Part shown: in pieces, positions 1 to 10,249 of the stretch | Numbering within the stretch: the stretch's first letter is position 1 | Layout of the letters: each line of letters opens with the position of its first letter | NCBI GenBank assembly: GCA_965219085.1 | Contig: OZ244720.1 | Span: 608,001 to 672,000 of the forward strand | Direction of reading: 5' to 3' | Origin: Dehalococcoidia bacterium | Lineage (GTDB): Bacteria; Chloroflexota; Dehalococcoidia; UBA2979 | DNA: 64,000 nt | The notes under the pieces: model-generated | Told to the model about the DNA's origin: nothing | Database searches by the model: none | Seen by the model: the letters and a program-made list of their open reading frames with translations, nothing else | Translations under genes and position numbers: made by a program

Positions 1-1
1 T

Positions 2-3000
2 GGCCTCTTTGCCGACGCTCCCGTCCACGTCACGGTGCTGCCGGCCATCGCGTGGAGCGTGACGGCCGATCCGGGAACGATCCCGGAGGATGGGGGCGTC
101 TCCACGGTGACGGTGAGCAGCGGCGGTCACACCTTCTCGGAGCCCCAGACGATCACGCTCGTCCTGGCCGGCACGGCGACGAAGGCCACGGACTACAGCG
201 TGGCCGGGGAGACGCTGACGCTCCCCGCGGCGGCGACCTCGGTCACGACCACGATCACGGCGGTGAGCGACAGCGTGAGCGAGGGCTCCGAGACGGTTCA
301 GGTCACAGCCAGATTCGGCGGGGAGGACGTGGGCGAGACGGCGACGATCACGATCGCCGAGGGCACGACCCTCACGCTCGAGGTCGACCCGGCGGCCATC
401 GCGGAGGCTGGGGGAGCCTCGACCGTCACGGTGAGCACGATCGGCGGCACGTTCGCGGCCGATCAGACCATCACGCTCGTCCTGACCGGGTCGGCGACGA
501 AGGCCACGGACTACATCGTGGCCGCGGAGACGCTGACCCTCGTGGCGGGCACAACTTCCGTCGCCACCACCATCACCGCGGTGGACGACGTGCTTGACGA
601 CAACGCCGAGACCATCGTCGTCACCGCCCGCCACGACGGGAGCGACGTGGGCCCTGCAACGATCACGATCAGCGACGACGACGTGCCCGTCGACATCGTC
701 TGGGAGTCCGCGCCAAACGCCCTGGAAGGCGCGGGCGAGCTGAAGGCCACGCTGACGGCGACGGCGGCGGAGCCTCGGGCGCCAGCGGCGGGGTTTGACC
801 TGCAGGTGTCCACGGCGCCGGGCAGCGCGCAGTCTCCAGACGACTATGCGGCGATCATGATGCAGACGCTGACCTTCGCGGCGAACGATTTCCAGCTCGT
901 TGCGCAGGCCGGTGCGGGTGGCGGGGGCATCACTTCGCAGGCGCCCGCCTTCGTGGCGACGAAGGAGGTTGTCGTCACACTGGCGACCGACCTCATCGTG
1001 GAGGCGGACGAGACCTTCGAGGTGCAGGTTGACTTGGCGCTCGGTACGTCGGCGCTGGTGACGCTGGATGGCGGTCGTTCCGGGATCAGTGAGACCGCCA
1101 CGATTCTCGACGACGACACTGCTGCGTTCAGCCTGTCGGCGTCTCCGATGACGATCGCGGAGACGGGCGGGACCTCGACGGTGACGGTGACGACCAGCAA
1201 GGCGTTCTCGACCGGCCAGACGGTCGAGCTCCAGGTTGGGAATTTCGGAGCGGCGCCGGCAACGGAGGGGACGGACTTCACGATTTCGCCGAAGACGCTG
1301 CCGCTGGCGGCGGGGCAGAAAACGGTGACGGCCACCGTTTCCGCGCTGGACGACAGCGAGACGGAAGGCGACGAGAAAGTCCGGGTGAGGGTGGGGCACA
1401 ACGGGAACGTCCAGCCCGCGGCGGTGGTAATCACGATCAGCGACGACGACTCCGCGGGAATCCGGGTGTCGTCGATGGCGCTTGCGGTGCCGGAGGGCAG
1501 TTCCAGCAGCTATACGGTGCGGCTCAACACCCAGCCGACGGGGACCGTGACGGTGGCGATCACCGGACAGGCGGGCACGGATCTGTCAGTGTCGCCGGCG
1601 AGCCTGACCTTCACGACGGCCACGTGGGAAGAGGAGCGGACGGTCACGGTCACGGCGGCGCAGGATCCGGACGCGGCGCCGGACGCGGCTGTGACGCTCA
1701 CGCACGCGGCGACCGGCGGCGGGTATGAGTCGGTGCCGGATGTTGATGTCACGGTGACGATCGCGGAAGACGAAGCGGCGGCCATCGTGGTGTCGTCGAT
1801 GGCGCTGACGGTCGAGGAGGGGGAAACCGAGACGTACACGGTGCGTTTGCAGACGCCGCCGAGCGTCACGGTGGCTGTGATCGTGACCTCTTCGGACACG
1901 GAGGTAACGGCAACGCCCCAATCCCTGGTGTTCACGAGTGCCAACTGGAGCCTGGACCGGACGGTCACGGTGGAGGCCTTGGATGACGAGGACGCGGAAG
2001 CGGACCCGCCGGTGACGCTGACCCACACGGCGACCGGCGGGGAGTACGCGTCGGTGGCGGCCACGGTGTCGGTCACGGTGACCGACGACGAGATAACAAC
2101 GGGGCCGCTGCTGGACATCTGCGAGCGCACCACACAGGTCCGCGACGGCATACTGGGCGCCGACGAGGTCACCGCCACCGACTGCGCGCTCGTCGACGCG
2201 GACGAACTGGCGACGGTCGCGATCCTGGACCTGGAAGCTCAGATGATCACCGCGTTGGATGCCGGTGACTTCGCCGGTCTGACCGGCCTGACGAACCTGG
2301 TACTGGAGGACAATCAGCTGCAAGCGCTGCCCGCGGGCGTGTTCGACCCGCTGACCAGCCTGACATGGCTGGACCTCTGCATCAACGATCTGCGGTCGCT
2401 GCCCGCGGGCGTGTTCGACCAGCTGACCAACCTGACGGATTTGGATCTGTACTTCACCATCAATCTGACCACCCTGCCGGCGGGGGTGTTCGACAAGCTG
2501 ACCAACCTGGAGACGCTGGACCTGTACGGCAATCTCGATCTGGCCTCCCTGCCGGACGGCGTGTTCGACCAGCTGACCAACCTCGCGACCCTGAACCTGA
2601 GACGCAACCCTCAACTCTCCTCCCTGCCGGACGGCGTGTTCGACAAGCTGACCAGCCTCACGACCCTGGACCTGAGCCACAACCACCGACTGTCCCCCCT
2701 GCCGGGGGGCCTGTTCGACTCGCTGACCAGCCTGATTTCGCTGGACCTGCGGAGCCACTTTGCACCACTCTTGTACTCGCCCTACCTGCTGGCCCCCCTG
2801 ACGAGTCTGGACACGCTGGACGATCAGACGTACAGCCGCCCGTCCGCCCCCGGTGTCCCCACCGGGCTGACGGGCGCCTACACGACCGCACAGATCGAAC
2901 TCAGCTGGACGGCCCCGAGCGGCGGCGCCGCAGCCACCAGCTACCAGATCCTGCGCCAGGTGGGCAGCGGCCCGGAGGAGGTATACGTCGAGGACACCTA

Positions 3001-6000
3001 CAACACGAACGGGGCGGCGGTGACCTACGCCGACACCGAGGTGATCCTCAATGAGACGTACCGCTACCGGGTGCGGGCGCTGAACGCCGGCGGGGCCGGC
3101 GCCGAGTCGCAGCCGGTCGAGCTGACCACCGCGCTGGATCTGTCCGGGCCCGCAACCGTCACGTACCCAGAGAACCGGGCCGTTCGCGTCGCCACGTACA
3201 CCGCCACCGGACCCACCGGCCCGGCGTGGTCGTTGTCGGGTGCGGACAGCGACAAGTTCTCCCTGGAGGACGGCGTCCTGCGGTTCCTCCTGCCGCCAGA
3301 GCCGCTACCCGACTACGAATCCCCCTCCGACGCAGACGGGGACAACGTGTACACGGTGACGGTCGCGATTACGGCGGGCGCCGACACGGCCTCCACGGAC
3401 GTCGCCGTCAGCGTCACGAACGCGGACGAGGGGGGCGCGGTGACGCTCTCCACGCTCCGGCCCAGCACCGGCACGGCCGTCACCGCCGCCGTGAGCGATC
3501 CCGACGTGGTCACCGCCGGGACCGTCAGTTGGCAGTGGGAGCGGTTCCGGGGATTGAGCGACTGGACCGCCATCGACGGGGCCACATCGGCCGGCTACAC
3601 GCCAACGGCCGCCGACTCCGGCTACTACCTGCGCGCGACGGCCTCCTACACCGACGGCGAAGGCGCGGGCAAGAGCGCCCAAGCGATGACCACCTCCCCG
3701 CCTCTCTCCCACGAGTTGAGCAGCCTGGCCGCCAGCAACTCCGCGGGCGGCATGTACCCCGTGTTCGACCCGCCGACGCTCCACTACGCCGTCTCATGCG
3801 CCGCTTCGGACATCGTCACGCTGTCGCTGTCGCCGAAGGACGCGGGCGCGCGGGTGGCGGTCAACGGGATCCAGCGAGATACCGCGAACGACGTCGTGCT
3901 GACGGAGGTGGACCCCGACAGCGACATCCTGATCACGCTCAGCGGCAGCGACGGCGCGTTCACCACCTACGTCGTGCACTGCATCCCCGACGACTATCCG
4001 ACGATCGAGGTGACGGAAAGGAAGGCCGGAGCGTGGGACGGCCTGATCCTGGGCGGCGCGACCATGGGGGACAGGGATGCCCCCAACCGCTGGAGCGCGC
4101 TGCTCCTGTTCGACACGAACGGAGTCCCGCGCTTCCACCGCCGGCTCGGCGACTTCGGCGTGAACCATTTGAAGCCGACCGGTGGTGGGCTGTATCCGTT
4201 CGGATATGCCCACGGCAGCCCCCCGGGCAGCCCCCCGGGCGGCCGCGTGAGCCTCATGGACCACGACCTTGCAGTCGCCAGCTTCATCGGCGTCCCTGCC
4301 TCTGCGGATGCGGACGAATACATCGACGCACATGACTTCGCGCACAAGGCGAACGGCAATACCGTCATCGTCACGGACGACCCTACGACGCGCGACCTGA
4401 GCGCCTTCAAGGATGTTGACGGCAATCCGCTGGGTACGGCGGAGGAGGTGGAGGACAACATCATTCGCGAACTCGCGCCAAGCGGGGCGACGTTGTTTAC
4501 CTGGAACTCCTGGGACCACGTCGAACTTGGCGACTGCGCCCAGCACAACTTCCCCGGCGAATACGCCTGGTTCAACTCGATCGAGGTGGTGGATGGCAAC
4601 TATCTCGTCTCGCTCAAGGGCTGTTCAAAGATCGTGCTGATCGACGGCGCCAGCGGGGAGATGATCTGGAGGCTGGGCAAGACCAACCTGACGGACCAGG
4701 AGTGGATCGACAACGGCCGCACACCGCCGCTGAAGATCGTCGGCGACACCTATGGAGAGTTCTGCGGGCAGCACTCGGCGAAGATCCTCGACAACGGCCA
4801 TCTCGTCCTCTACGACAACGGCAACGTGTGTGTCCGGGATCCCGAGACCGGGCAGCGGACGCGCCAGAACGACCAGTTCAGCAGGGTCGTGGAGTACGCG
4901 CTCGATCCCGAGCAGGGTGAGGCGGTCTTCGTGCGCCACCACTCGTTCAAGAACGGGTTCGATATGTTCACCTCGGCGACCGGCCTGGTGGCGCCGATCG
5001 ACAACGGCAACTGGTTGATCAGTTGGGGCCGTGCGTCCGACGCGCTCGCCACCGAAACGATCTCCGAGGTGAATCCCGCCACCGACGAAGAGTTACTGCA
5101 CATCCGTATTGAGGATGGCTCTGGACGTCGCCACGCGACCCGCTCCTACCCGCTGCGGGCCGATCAGGTCGGCGCCCTGAGCGCCGTCGAGCCGCTGGCT
5201 GCCGACTTCCCCTCGAGCGCATCGAGCTCCGTCGTCCATCTCGGGCCGACGGACAGGCCGACGGTGGTCGTCGCGTTCAATCAACCAGTGGTGGATCCCA
5301 CCTCCGCCGCGGGCTGGATCAGCGTCCAGGGGGCGACGATCGAGAGCGTGAGCCCTCACATCATCTCCGGCGAAGCGGCGAACGCTCATCTCATCACTCT
5401 CATTCCCGCCGGCGACGAGCCCATTACCTTGAGCCTGATCGCAAGTCACGCCTGCGCCATGGGGGGCATTTGCACGGCGGACGGAATGCCGCTGTCGGCG
5501 ACGGTCAGCGTCACGGTGCGCTTCAACCACGCGCCGACCGTCTCCGCCACGGCCACACCAGCCACCGTCAACGGCGGCGGCGCCGTGACCCTCGATGGCA
5601 CGGCGAGCGACCCCGACCCCGGCGACACGCTCACCCACGCCTGGACCAGCGACGGCGGCGGGAGCTTCGACGATGCCTCGACCCTTGACGCCACCTGGAC
5701 CGCGCCGGCGGCCACCGGCGCCGACCAGATCGTCACCCTCACCCTCACGGTGACCGATACCGCCGGCGTCTCGGCGGAAATCTCCAAGAGCGTCACGGTG
5801 CGGGCCAACCAGGCGCCGGCCGTCTCGGTCTCCACCACCCCGTTGACTGTCGGCGGTCTCGAGGCGATCACGCTGACCGGCTCGGCGAGCGACCCCGAGC
5901 ATGATGCGCTCACCTACGCCTGGACCAGCGACGGCGGCGGAACCTTCGCCACCCCCGCGGCCCTCGTGACCACCTGGACGGCCCCGGCGAAGACCAACGC

Positions 6001-9000
6001 CGACCAGAACATCGTCCTCACCCTGGCCGTCACCGACAGCGGCGCCGGGGCGCTCACCGGCGTGGCCACGGTCAGCGTCACCGTGCGGGCCAACCTGGCC
6101 CCCACCGCTTCGGCGACCCCCCTCATGACCACCATCAACGGTGGCGGGCTGGTTTCGCTGACTGGCGTCGCGAACGACCTCGACCAAGACGCGCTCACCT
6201 ACGAGTGGACCAGCGACGGCGGCGGCAGCTTCAACGACCCCTCCGCTCTCATCGCGACCTGGACGGCGCCGCCGGCTACCACTGTCGATCAGCGCATCAC
6301 GCTCACGCTCACGGTGACCGACGCCGTCTCGGCCGCGGCCACGGCTCAGGTCAGCGTCACGGTGCGCGCCAACCAAGCGCCGATCGTCTCGGTTTCTCCC
6401 CCCAGCGTCACCGTGGACGGAGGCGGCACGGTCACGCTCGGCGGGACATCAAGCGATCCTGAGGGTGACACCCTCACCTACGCCTGGACCAGCGACGGCG
6501 GCGGAACCTTCACCACCCCCTCGGCCCTCCTCACTACCTGGACGGCCCCGGCGAAGACCAACGCCGACCAGAGCATCGTCCTCACCCTGACCGTTGCCGA
6601 CAACGGCGCCGGGGCGCTCACCAGCATGGCCACGGTCAGCGTCACGGTGCGCGCCAATCAGGCGCCGACGGTCACGGTTTCGCCTCCAACCGCCACCGTG
6701 GACGGAGGCGGCACGGTCACGCTCGGCGGGACATCAAGCGATCCTGAGGGTGACACCCTCACCTACGCCTGGACCAGCAACGGCGGCGGGAGCTTCGACA
6801 ATGCCTCGGTCCCCGACGCCACCTGGACCGCGCCTGACGCCACCAGTTCCGACCAGTCGATCGTCCTGACCCTCACCGTCACCGAGTCTGGCGCCGAGGC
6901 CGGCGCCCTCGCGGACACGGCAACGGTCAGCGTCACGGTGCGGGCCAACCAGGCGCCGACGGTCACGGTTTCGCCTCCAACCGCCACCGTCAACGGAGGT
7001 GACGTGCTGAGCCTCGATGGCACGGCGACCGATCCTGAGGGCCACACGCTCACCCACGCCTGGACCAGCGACGGCGGCGGGAGCTTCGACAATGCCTCGG
7101 TCCCCGACGCCACCTGGACCGCGCCGGCGGCCACGGGTAGCGACCAGAGGATCACACTCACGCTCACCGTCACTGACGACGGCGCCGGCACGCTGGAGGG
7201 CACGGCCACGGTCAGCGTCACGGTGTCGGCGCTCGGGAGCACCGCACCGACCGCCTCGGCATCCGGCATGCCAACCACTGTGCACGGTCGCGGCGTCGTG
7301 ACGCTGACCGGTACCGCGAACGACCCGCTGGGCGACACGCTCAGCTACGCCTGGAGCAGCGACGGCGGTGGGAGCTTCGACGACGCCGCGGCCCTGAGTA
7401 CGACCTGGACCGCGCCGGCGGCTGCAAGTTCCGGCCGGAGTATCACGCTCTCGCTGATGGTGACCAATACCGCCGGCGAGTCGACCACGGCGACCGTCGG
7501 CGTCAGAGTGCTGGCCAACCAGGCGCCGACCGTCTCGGTCTCCCCCGAGAGCGTCACCGTGGACGGGGGCGACACGGTGAGGTTTGATATTACGGCGTTC
7601 GACCCCGAGGGCGACACGCTCACGTACAAGTGGAGCACCGACGGCGGCGGCACTTTCGTCTGGGGAACCTTCACCTATGCCACGTGGACCGCGCCTCCGA
7701 AGACCGACGCCGTCCAGCACATCGTCCTCACCCTGATCGTCACCGACAGCGACGCCGGGGCGCTCACCGGCATGGCCACGGTCAGCGTCACCGTGCGGGC
7801 CAACCTGCCCCCGACCGCCTCGGTCAGCGCGACGCCAACCACCGTGCACGGAGGGGGCGTGGTCACGCTGGACGGGACGGCAAGCGACCCCGATGGCGGC
7901 GCCCTGACTTACGAGTGGACCGGCCCCGGCGGAGGAAGCTTCGGCGACGCCGCGGCCCTGGACACCACCTGGACCGCTCCCAAGGCCACCAGCGCCGACC
8001 AGAACATCACGCTCTTCCTCACGGTGACCGACACCGCCTCGGCTACGACGACGTTCGGCGTTAGCGTGCGATCGGAACGCGACGCCGCTGGTGTCGGCTG
8101 GGTCGCCTTCGCCACGGCGGAGGACACGGTCAGCATCACGGTGCGGGCCAACCAGCCGCCTGAGGTCTCGGTTTCCCCCGCCACAGCCGCCGTGGACGGG
8201 GATGGTGAGCTGGCGCTGACCGGGACGGCGACCGACCCGGAGGGCGATGACCTGACCTACGCCTGGAGCAGCGACGGCTGGGGGAGCTTCGACGACGATG
8301 CCGCCCTGAGCCCGACCTGGACCGCGCCGCCGGCCGAGGATGACCCCCGCACCATCACCCTGACGCTCAGGGTGACCGACAACGGCATTGGCGCACTCAC
8401 CGGCATGGCGACGGTCGAGGTCACGGTGGGGCAACCGGTCACGCCGCCCACCGGGCCCGGCGGCGGTGGGGGCGGCGGTGGTGGTGGCCCGTCGGGGCCC
8501 TCGCCGAGCGAGCTGGACTTCGAGTGGAACGTGAAGCGCGACCTCGAAGCGCTGGACGGCGGCCACGACACGCCTACCGGCTCCTGGTCCGACGGCACGG
8601 TCCTCTGGATCGCCGAGAACGGCCCGGGCGCCGGCGACGCCGTCTACGCCTACGACCTCCAGACCGGCGAACGGGTGGAGGAGCGCGAGTTCGAACTCGA
8701 CGAGCGCAACCGCGCGCCGCGCGGCGTCTGGTCCGGCGGCACGGTCATCTGGGTCTCCGACAGCGGCCAGGACCGCCTCTTCGCCCATGACCTCGAGACG
8801 GGCGAGCGCCTGCCGGAGCGCGACCTCGAGCTCGGCGAGCGCAACGGCGACGCCCGCGGGATCTGGTCCGATGGTGAGACGATGTGGGTGCTCGATGGCG
8901 GCAAGGACCGCCTCTTCGCCTACGACCTCGGGAGCGGCGAACTGGTGGCCGAATACGCCCTCGACGACGCCAACGGCGACCCCCACGGGATCTGGTCCGA

Positions 9001-10096
9001 CGGCGTCACGATCTGGGTCTCGGACCACGGCGCGAAGCGGCTCCTCGCCTACCGCCTCGAGGGTGAGGCGCTCGTACGCAACAGCGAGGAGGAGTTCACG
9101 GAGCTGAGCAAGGCCTCCAACAACAGCCCGCGCGGCATCTGGTCGGACGGCGAGGTGATCTACGTCGCCGACGAGAGCGACGACAAGGTCTACAGCTACA
9201 ACATGCCCGACGCGATCGACGCCCGGCTGGCCGCGCTGACCCTGAGCGGCATCGAGATCGGGGAGTTCACGGGGGACCGCACGGAGTACGAGGGCGTCGC
9301 CGCCGAGGGCGTGACGGAGACGACCGTCGAGGCCGCTACGGTGCAGCGCCGCACGACCGTCCTCATCGAGCCGGCCGACGCCGACGGCGACGACACGAAC
9401 GGCCACCAGCTGGCGCTGGAGGGCATCGACGCGATCACCGTCACCGTGACCTCGGCGGACGGCAGCCGCACGCGCGTCTACCGCGTGCGGCTGGAAGGCG
9501 GCGCGGCGCAGGAAGCGCCCTGGACGCACTGCTTGCGCGGCGACGTCGCTGAGGGCTTCAGCCTCGTCGTCTATGAGGGCGGCGGTGTCGAGGACCTGGT
9601 CACCTGTGCGGAGAGCCGTGATGTCGTGGCCCTCTACGCGCTGCACGGCGGCGTCTACGTCTCGTACATCCTCGGAGCGCCGGGATTCGTGAACCAACCG
9701 TTCGTCGAGCTGTTCGCCGATGGCGTCCCCCCGGTCACGCCGCTGGTCGCTGGGAGCAGCGGACCGCCATCAGCGGACCCGAACCAAGGCGACGGCGCCC
9801 TGTTGCCGTGGCCGGAGTGCCTGCGCGGCGAGATCGCCGCGGGCTTCAGCCTCGTCATCTACGAGGGCGGTAGCGTCGATGATCTCGTGGCCTGCGCGGC
9901 GAGCTTGCGCGTCACGGCCCTCTACGCGCTCCACGACGGCGAGTTCGTTCCCTACATCCTTGGTGCGCCCGACTTCGTGAACCGCGAGTTCCGTGAGCTG
10001 TTCCCGCGCGGTCTTCCGCCCCTCACGCCGCTGGTTGCCAGGAGCGAGGAGCCACCAACAGCCGGCTCCGACCGTGACGGCGCGGCAACCAACTAA
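2..10096 (+). CDS. Giant surface protein G1 (5'-truncated by window): Calx-beta/Ig repeats, LRR block, FN3, cadherin, arylsulfotransferase-like propeller, 10 PKD/REJ-like repeats, shared C-terminal cassette
   Basis: ORF 35..10096 is open back to position 2 (GLFADAPVHVTV), so the true start lies upstream. Motifs: TITISDDD (Calx-beta), LPAGVFDKLTNL (LRR, ~2200-2820), HDF..NS..QHSA..LYDNG (ASST, ~3990-5160), DPEGDTLTYAWTSDGGG x10 (~5525-8430), Gly linker and cassette from ~8450. Confidence 0.9.
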   Translation, partial: GLFADAPVHVTVLPAIAWSVTADPGTIPEDGGVSTVTVSSGGHTFSEPQTITLVLAGTATKATDYSVAGETLTLPAAATSVTTTITAVSDSVSEGSETVQVTARFGGEDVGETATITIAEGTTLTLEVDPAAIAEAGGASTVTVSTIGGTFAADQTITLVLTGSATKATDYIVAAETLTLVAGTTSVATTITAVDDVLDDNAETIVVTARHDGSDVGPATITISDDDVPVDIVWESAPNALEGAGELKATLTATAAEPRAPAAGFDLQVSTAPGSAQSPDDYAAIMMQTLTFAANDFQLVAQAGAGGGGITSQAPAFVATKEVVVTLATDLIVEADETFEVQVDLALGTSALVTLDGGRSGISETATILDDDTAAFSLSASPMTIAETGGTSTVTVTTSKAFSTGQTVELQVGNFGAAPATEGTDFTISPKTLPLAAGQKTVTATVSALDDSETEGDEKVRVRVGHNGNVQPAAVVITISDDDSAGIRVSSMALAVPEGSSSSYTVRLNTQPTGTVTVAITGQAGTDLSVSPASLTFTTATWEEERTVTVTAAQDPDAAPDAAVTLTHAATGGGYESVPDVDVTVTIAEDEAAAIVVSSMALTVEEGETETYTVRLQTPPSVTVAVIVTSSDTEVTATPQSLVFTSANWSLDRTVTVEALDDEDAEADPPVTLTHTATGGEYASVAATVSVTVTDDEITTGPLLDICERTTQVRDGILGADEVTATDCALVDADELATVAILDLEAQMITALDAGDFAGLTGLTNLVLEDNQLQALPAGVFDPLTSLTWLDLCINDLRSLPAGVFDQLTNLTDLDLYFTINLTTLPAGVFDKLTNLETLDLYGNLDLASLPDGVFDQLTNLATLNLRRNPQLSSLPDGVFDKLTSLTTLDLSHNHRLSPLPGGLFDSLTSLISLDLRSHFAPLLYSPYLLAPLTSLDTLDDQTYSRPSAPGVPTGLTGAYTTAQIELSWTAPSGGAAATSYQILRQVGSGPEEVYVEDTYNTNGAAVTYADTEVILNETYRYRVRALNAGGAGAESQPVELTTALDLSGPATVTYPENRAVRVATYTATGPTGPAWSLSGADSDKFSLEDGVLRFLLPPEPLPDYESPSDADGDNVYTVTVAITAGADTASTDVAVSVTNADEGGAVTLSTLRPSTGTAVTAAVSDPDVVTAGTVSWQWERFRGLSDWTAIDGATSAGYTPTAADSGYYLRATASYTDGEGAGKSAQAMTTSPPLSHELSSLAASNSAGGMYPVFDPPTLHYAVSCAASDIVTLSLSPKDAGARVAVNGIQRDTANDVVLTEVDPDSDILITLSGSDGAFTTYVVHCIPDDYPTIEVTERKAGAWDGLILGGATMGDRDAPNRWSALLLFDTNGVPRFHRRLGDFGVNHLKPTGGGLYPFGYAHGSPPGSPPGGRVSLMDHDLAVASFIGVPASADADEYIDAHDFAHKANGNTVIVTDDPTTRDLSAFKDVDGNPLGTAEEVEDNIIRELAPSGATLFTWNSWDHVELGDCAQHNFPGEYAWFNSIEVVDGNYLVSLKGCSKIVLIDGASGEMIWRLGKTNLTDQEWIDNGRTPPLKIVGDTYGEFCGQHSAKILDNGHLVLYDNGNVCVRDPETGQRTRQNDQFSRVVEYALDPEQGEAVFVRHHSFKNGFDMFTSATGLVAPIDNGNWLISWGRASDALATETISEVNPATDEELLHIRIEDGSGRRHATRSYPLRADQVGALSAVEPLAADFPSSASSSVVHLGPTDRPTVVVAFNQPVVDPTSAAGWISVQGATIESVSPHIISGEAANAHLITLIPAGDEPITLSLIASHACAMGGICTADGMPLSATVSVTVRFNHAPTVSATATPATVNGGGAVTLDGTASDPDPGDTLTHAWTSDGGGSFDDASTLDATWTAPAATGADQIVTLTLTVTDTAGVSAEISKSVTVRANQAPAVSVSTTPLTVGGLEAITLTGSASDPEHDALTYAWTSDGGGTFATPAALVTTWTAPAKTNADQNIVLTLAVTDSGAGALTGVATVSVTVRANLAPTASATPLMTTINGGGLVSLTGVANDLDQDALTYEWTSDGGGSFNDPSALIATWTAPPATTVDQRITLTLTVTDAVSAAATAQVSVTVRANQAPIVSVSPPSVTVDGGGTVTLGGTSSDPEGDTLTYAWTSDGGGTFTTPSALLTTWTAPAKTNADQSIVLTLTVADNGAGALTSMATVSVTVRANQAPTVTVSPPTATVDGGGTVTLGGTSSDPEGDTLTYAWTSNGGGSFDNASVPDATWTAPDATSSDQSIVLTLTVTESGAEAGALADTATVSVTVRANQAPTVTVSPPTATVNGGDVLSLDGTATDPEGHTLTHAWTSDGGGSFDNASVPDATWTAPAATGSDQRITLTLTVTDDGAGTLEGTATVSVTVSALGSTAPTASASGMPTTVHGRGVVTLTGTANDPLGDTLSYAWSSDGGGSFDDAAALSTTWTAPAAASSGRSITLSLMVTNTAGESTTATVGVRVLANQAPTVSVSPESVTVDGGDTVRFDITAFDPEGDTLTYKWSTDGGGTFVWGTFTYATWTAPPKTDAVQHIVLTLIVTDSDAGALTGMATVSVTVRANLPPTASVSATPTTVHGGGVVTLDGTASDPDGGALTYEWTGPGGGSFGDAAALDTTWTAPKATSADQNITLFLTVTDTASATTTFGVSVRSERDAAGVGWVAFATAEDTVSITVRANQPPEVSVSPATAAVDGDGELALTGTATDPEGDDLTYAWSSDGWGSFDDDAALSPTWTAPPAEDDPRTITLTLRVTDNGIGALTGMATVEVTVGQPVTPPTGPGGGGGGGGGGPSGPSPSELDFEWNVKRDLEALDGGHDTPTGSWSDGTVLWIAENGPGAGDAVYAYDLQTGERVEEREFELDERNRAPRGVWSGGTVIWVSDSGQDRLFAHDLETGERLPERDLELGERNGDARGIWSDGETMWVLDGGKDRLFAYDLGSGELVAEYALDDANGDPHGIWSDGVTIWVSDHGAKRLLAYRLEGEALVRNSEEEFTELSKASNNSPRGIWSDGEVIYVADESDDKVYSYNMPDAIDARLAALTLSGIEIGEFTGDRTEYEGVAAEGVTETTVEAATVQRRTTVLIEPADADGDDTNGHQLALEGIDAITVTVTSADGSRTRVYRVRLEGGAAQEAPWTHCLRGDVAEGFSLVVYEGGGVEDLVTCAESRDVVALYALHGGVYVSYILGAPGFVNQPFVELFADGVPPVTPLVAGSSGPPSADPNQGDGALLPWPECLRGEIAAGFSLVIYEGGSVDDLVACAASLRVTALYALHDGEFVPYILGAPDFVNREFRELFPRGLPPLTPLVARSEEPPTAGSDRDGAATN
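8452..10096 (+). repeat. Shared C-terminal cassette, copy in G1
   Basis: Begins PTGPGGGGGGGGGGPSGPSPSELDFEWNVKRDL; near-identical DNA at ~36260-38161, ~43835-45452 and ~53148-54778. Confidence 0.95.
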
Positions 10097-10121
10097 GGTG
10101 GCTTGACTGTCCCATCCTTGG

Positions 10122-10223
10122 CCGCAGGACATCGGCAACGCGATGCTGTTCCTGGCGAGCGAGGAGACCTGACTTAGACTGGGCGTCGTGCTGCCAGTCG
10201 ACGGTAAGTACACGGCGCAGTAG
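10122..10223 (+). pseudogene. 3' remnant of a short-chain dehydrogenase/reductase gene
   Basis: Reads PQDIGNAMLFLASEET*LRLGVVLPVDGKYTAQ*, resembling the SDR C-terminal consensus PEDIANAVLFLASDEA..ITG..LPVDGG; internal TGA. Confidence 0.7.
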
Positions 10224-10249
10224 CGCCGTCGGACGCGAGAGGGACGCTC

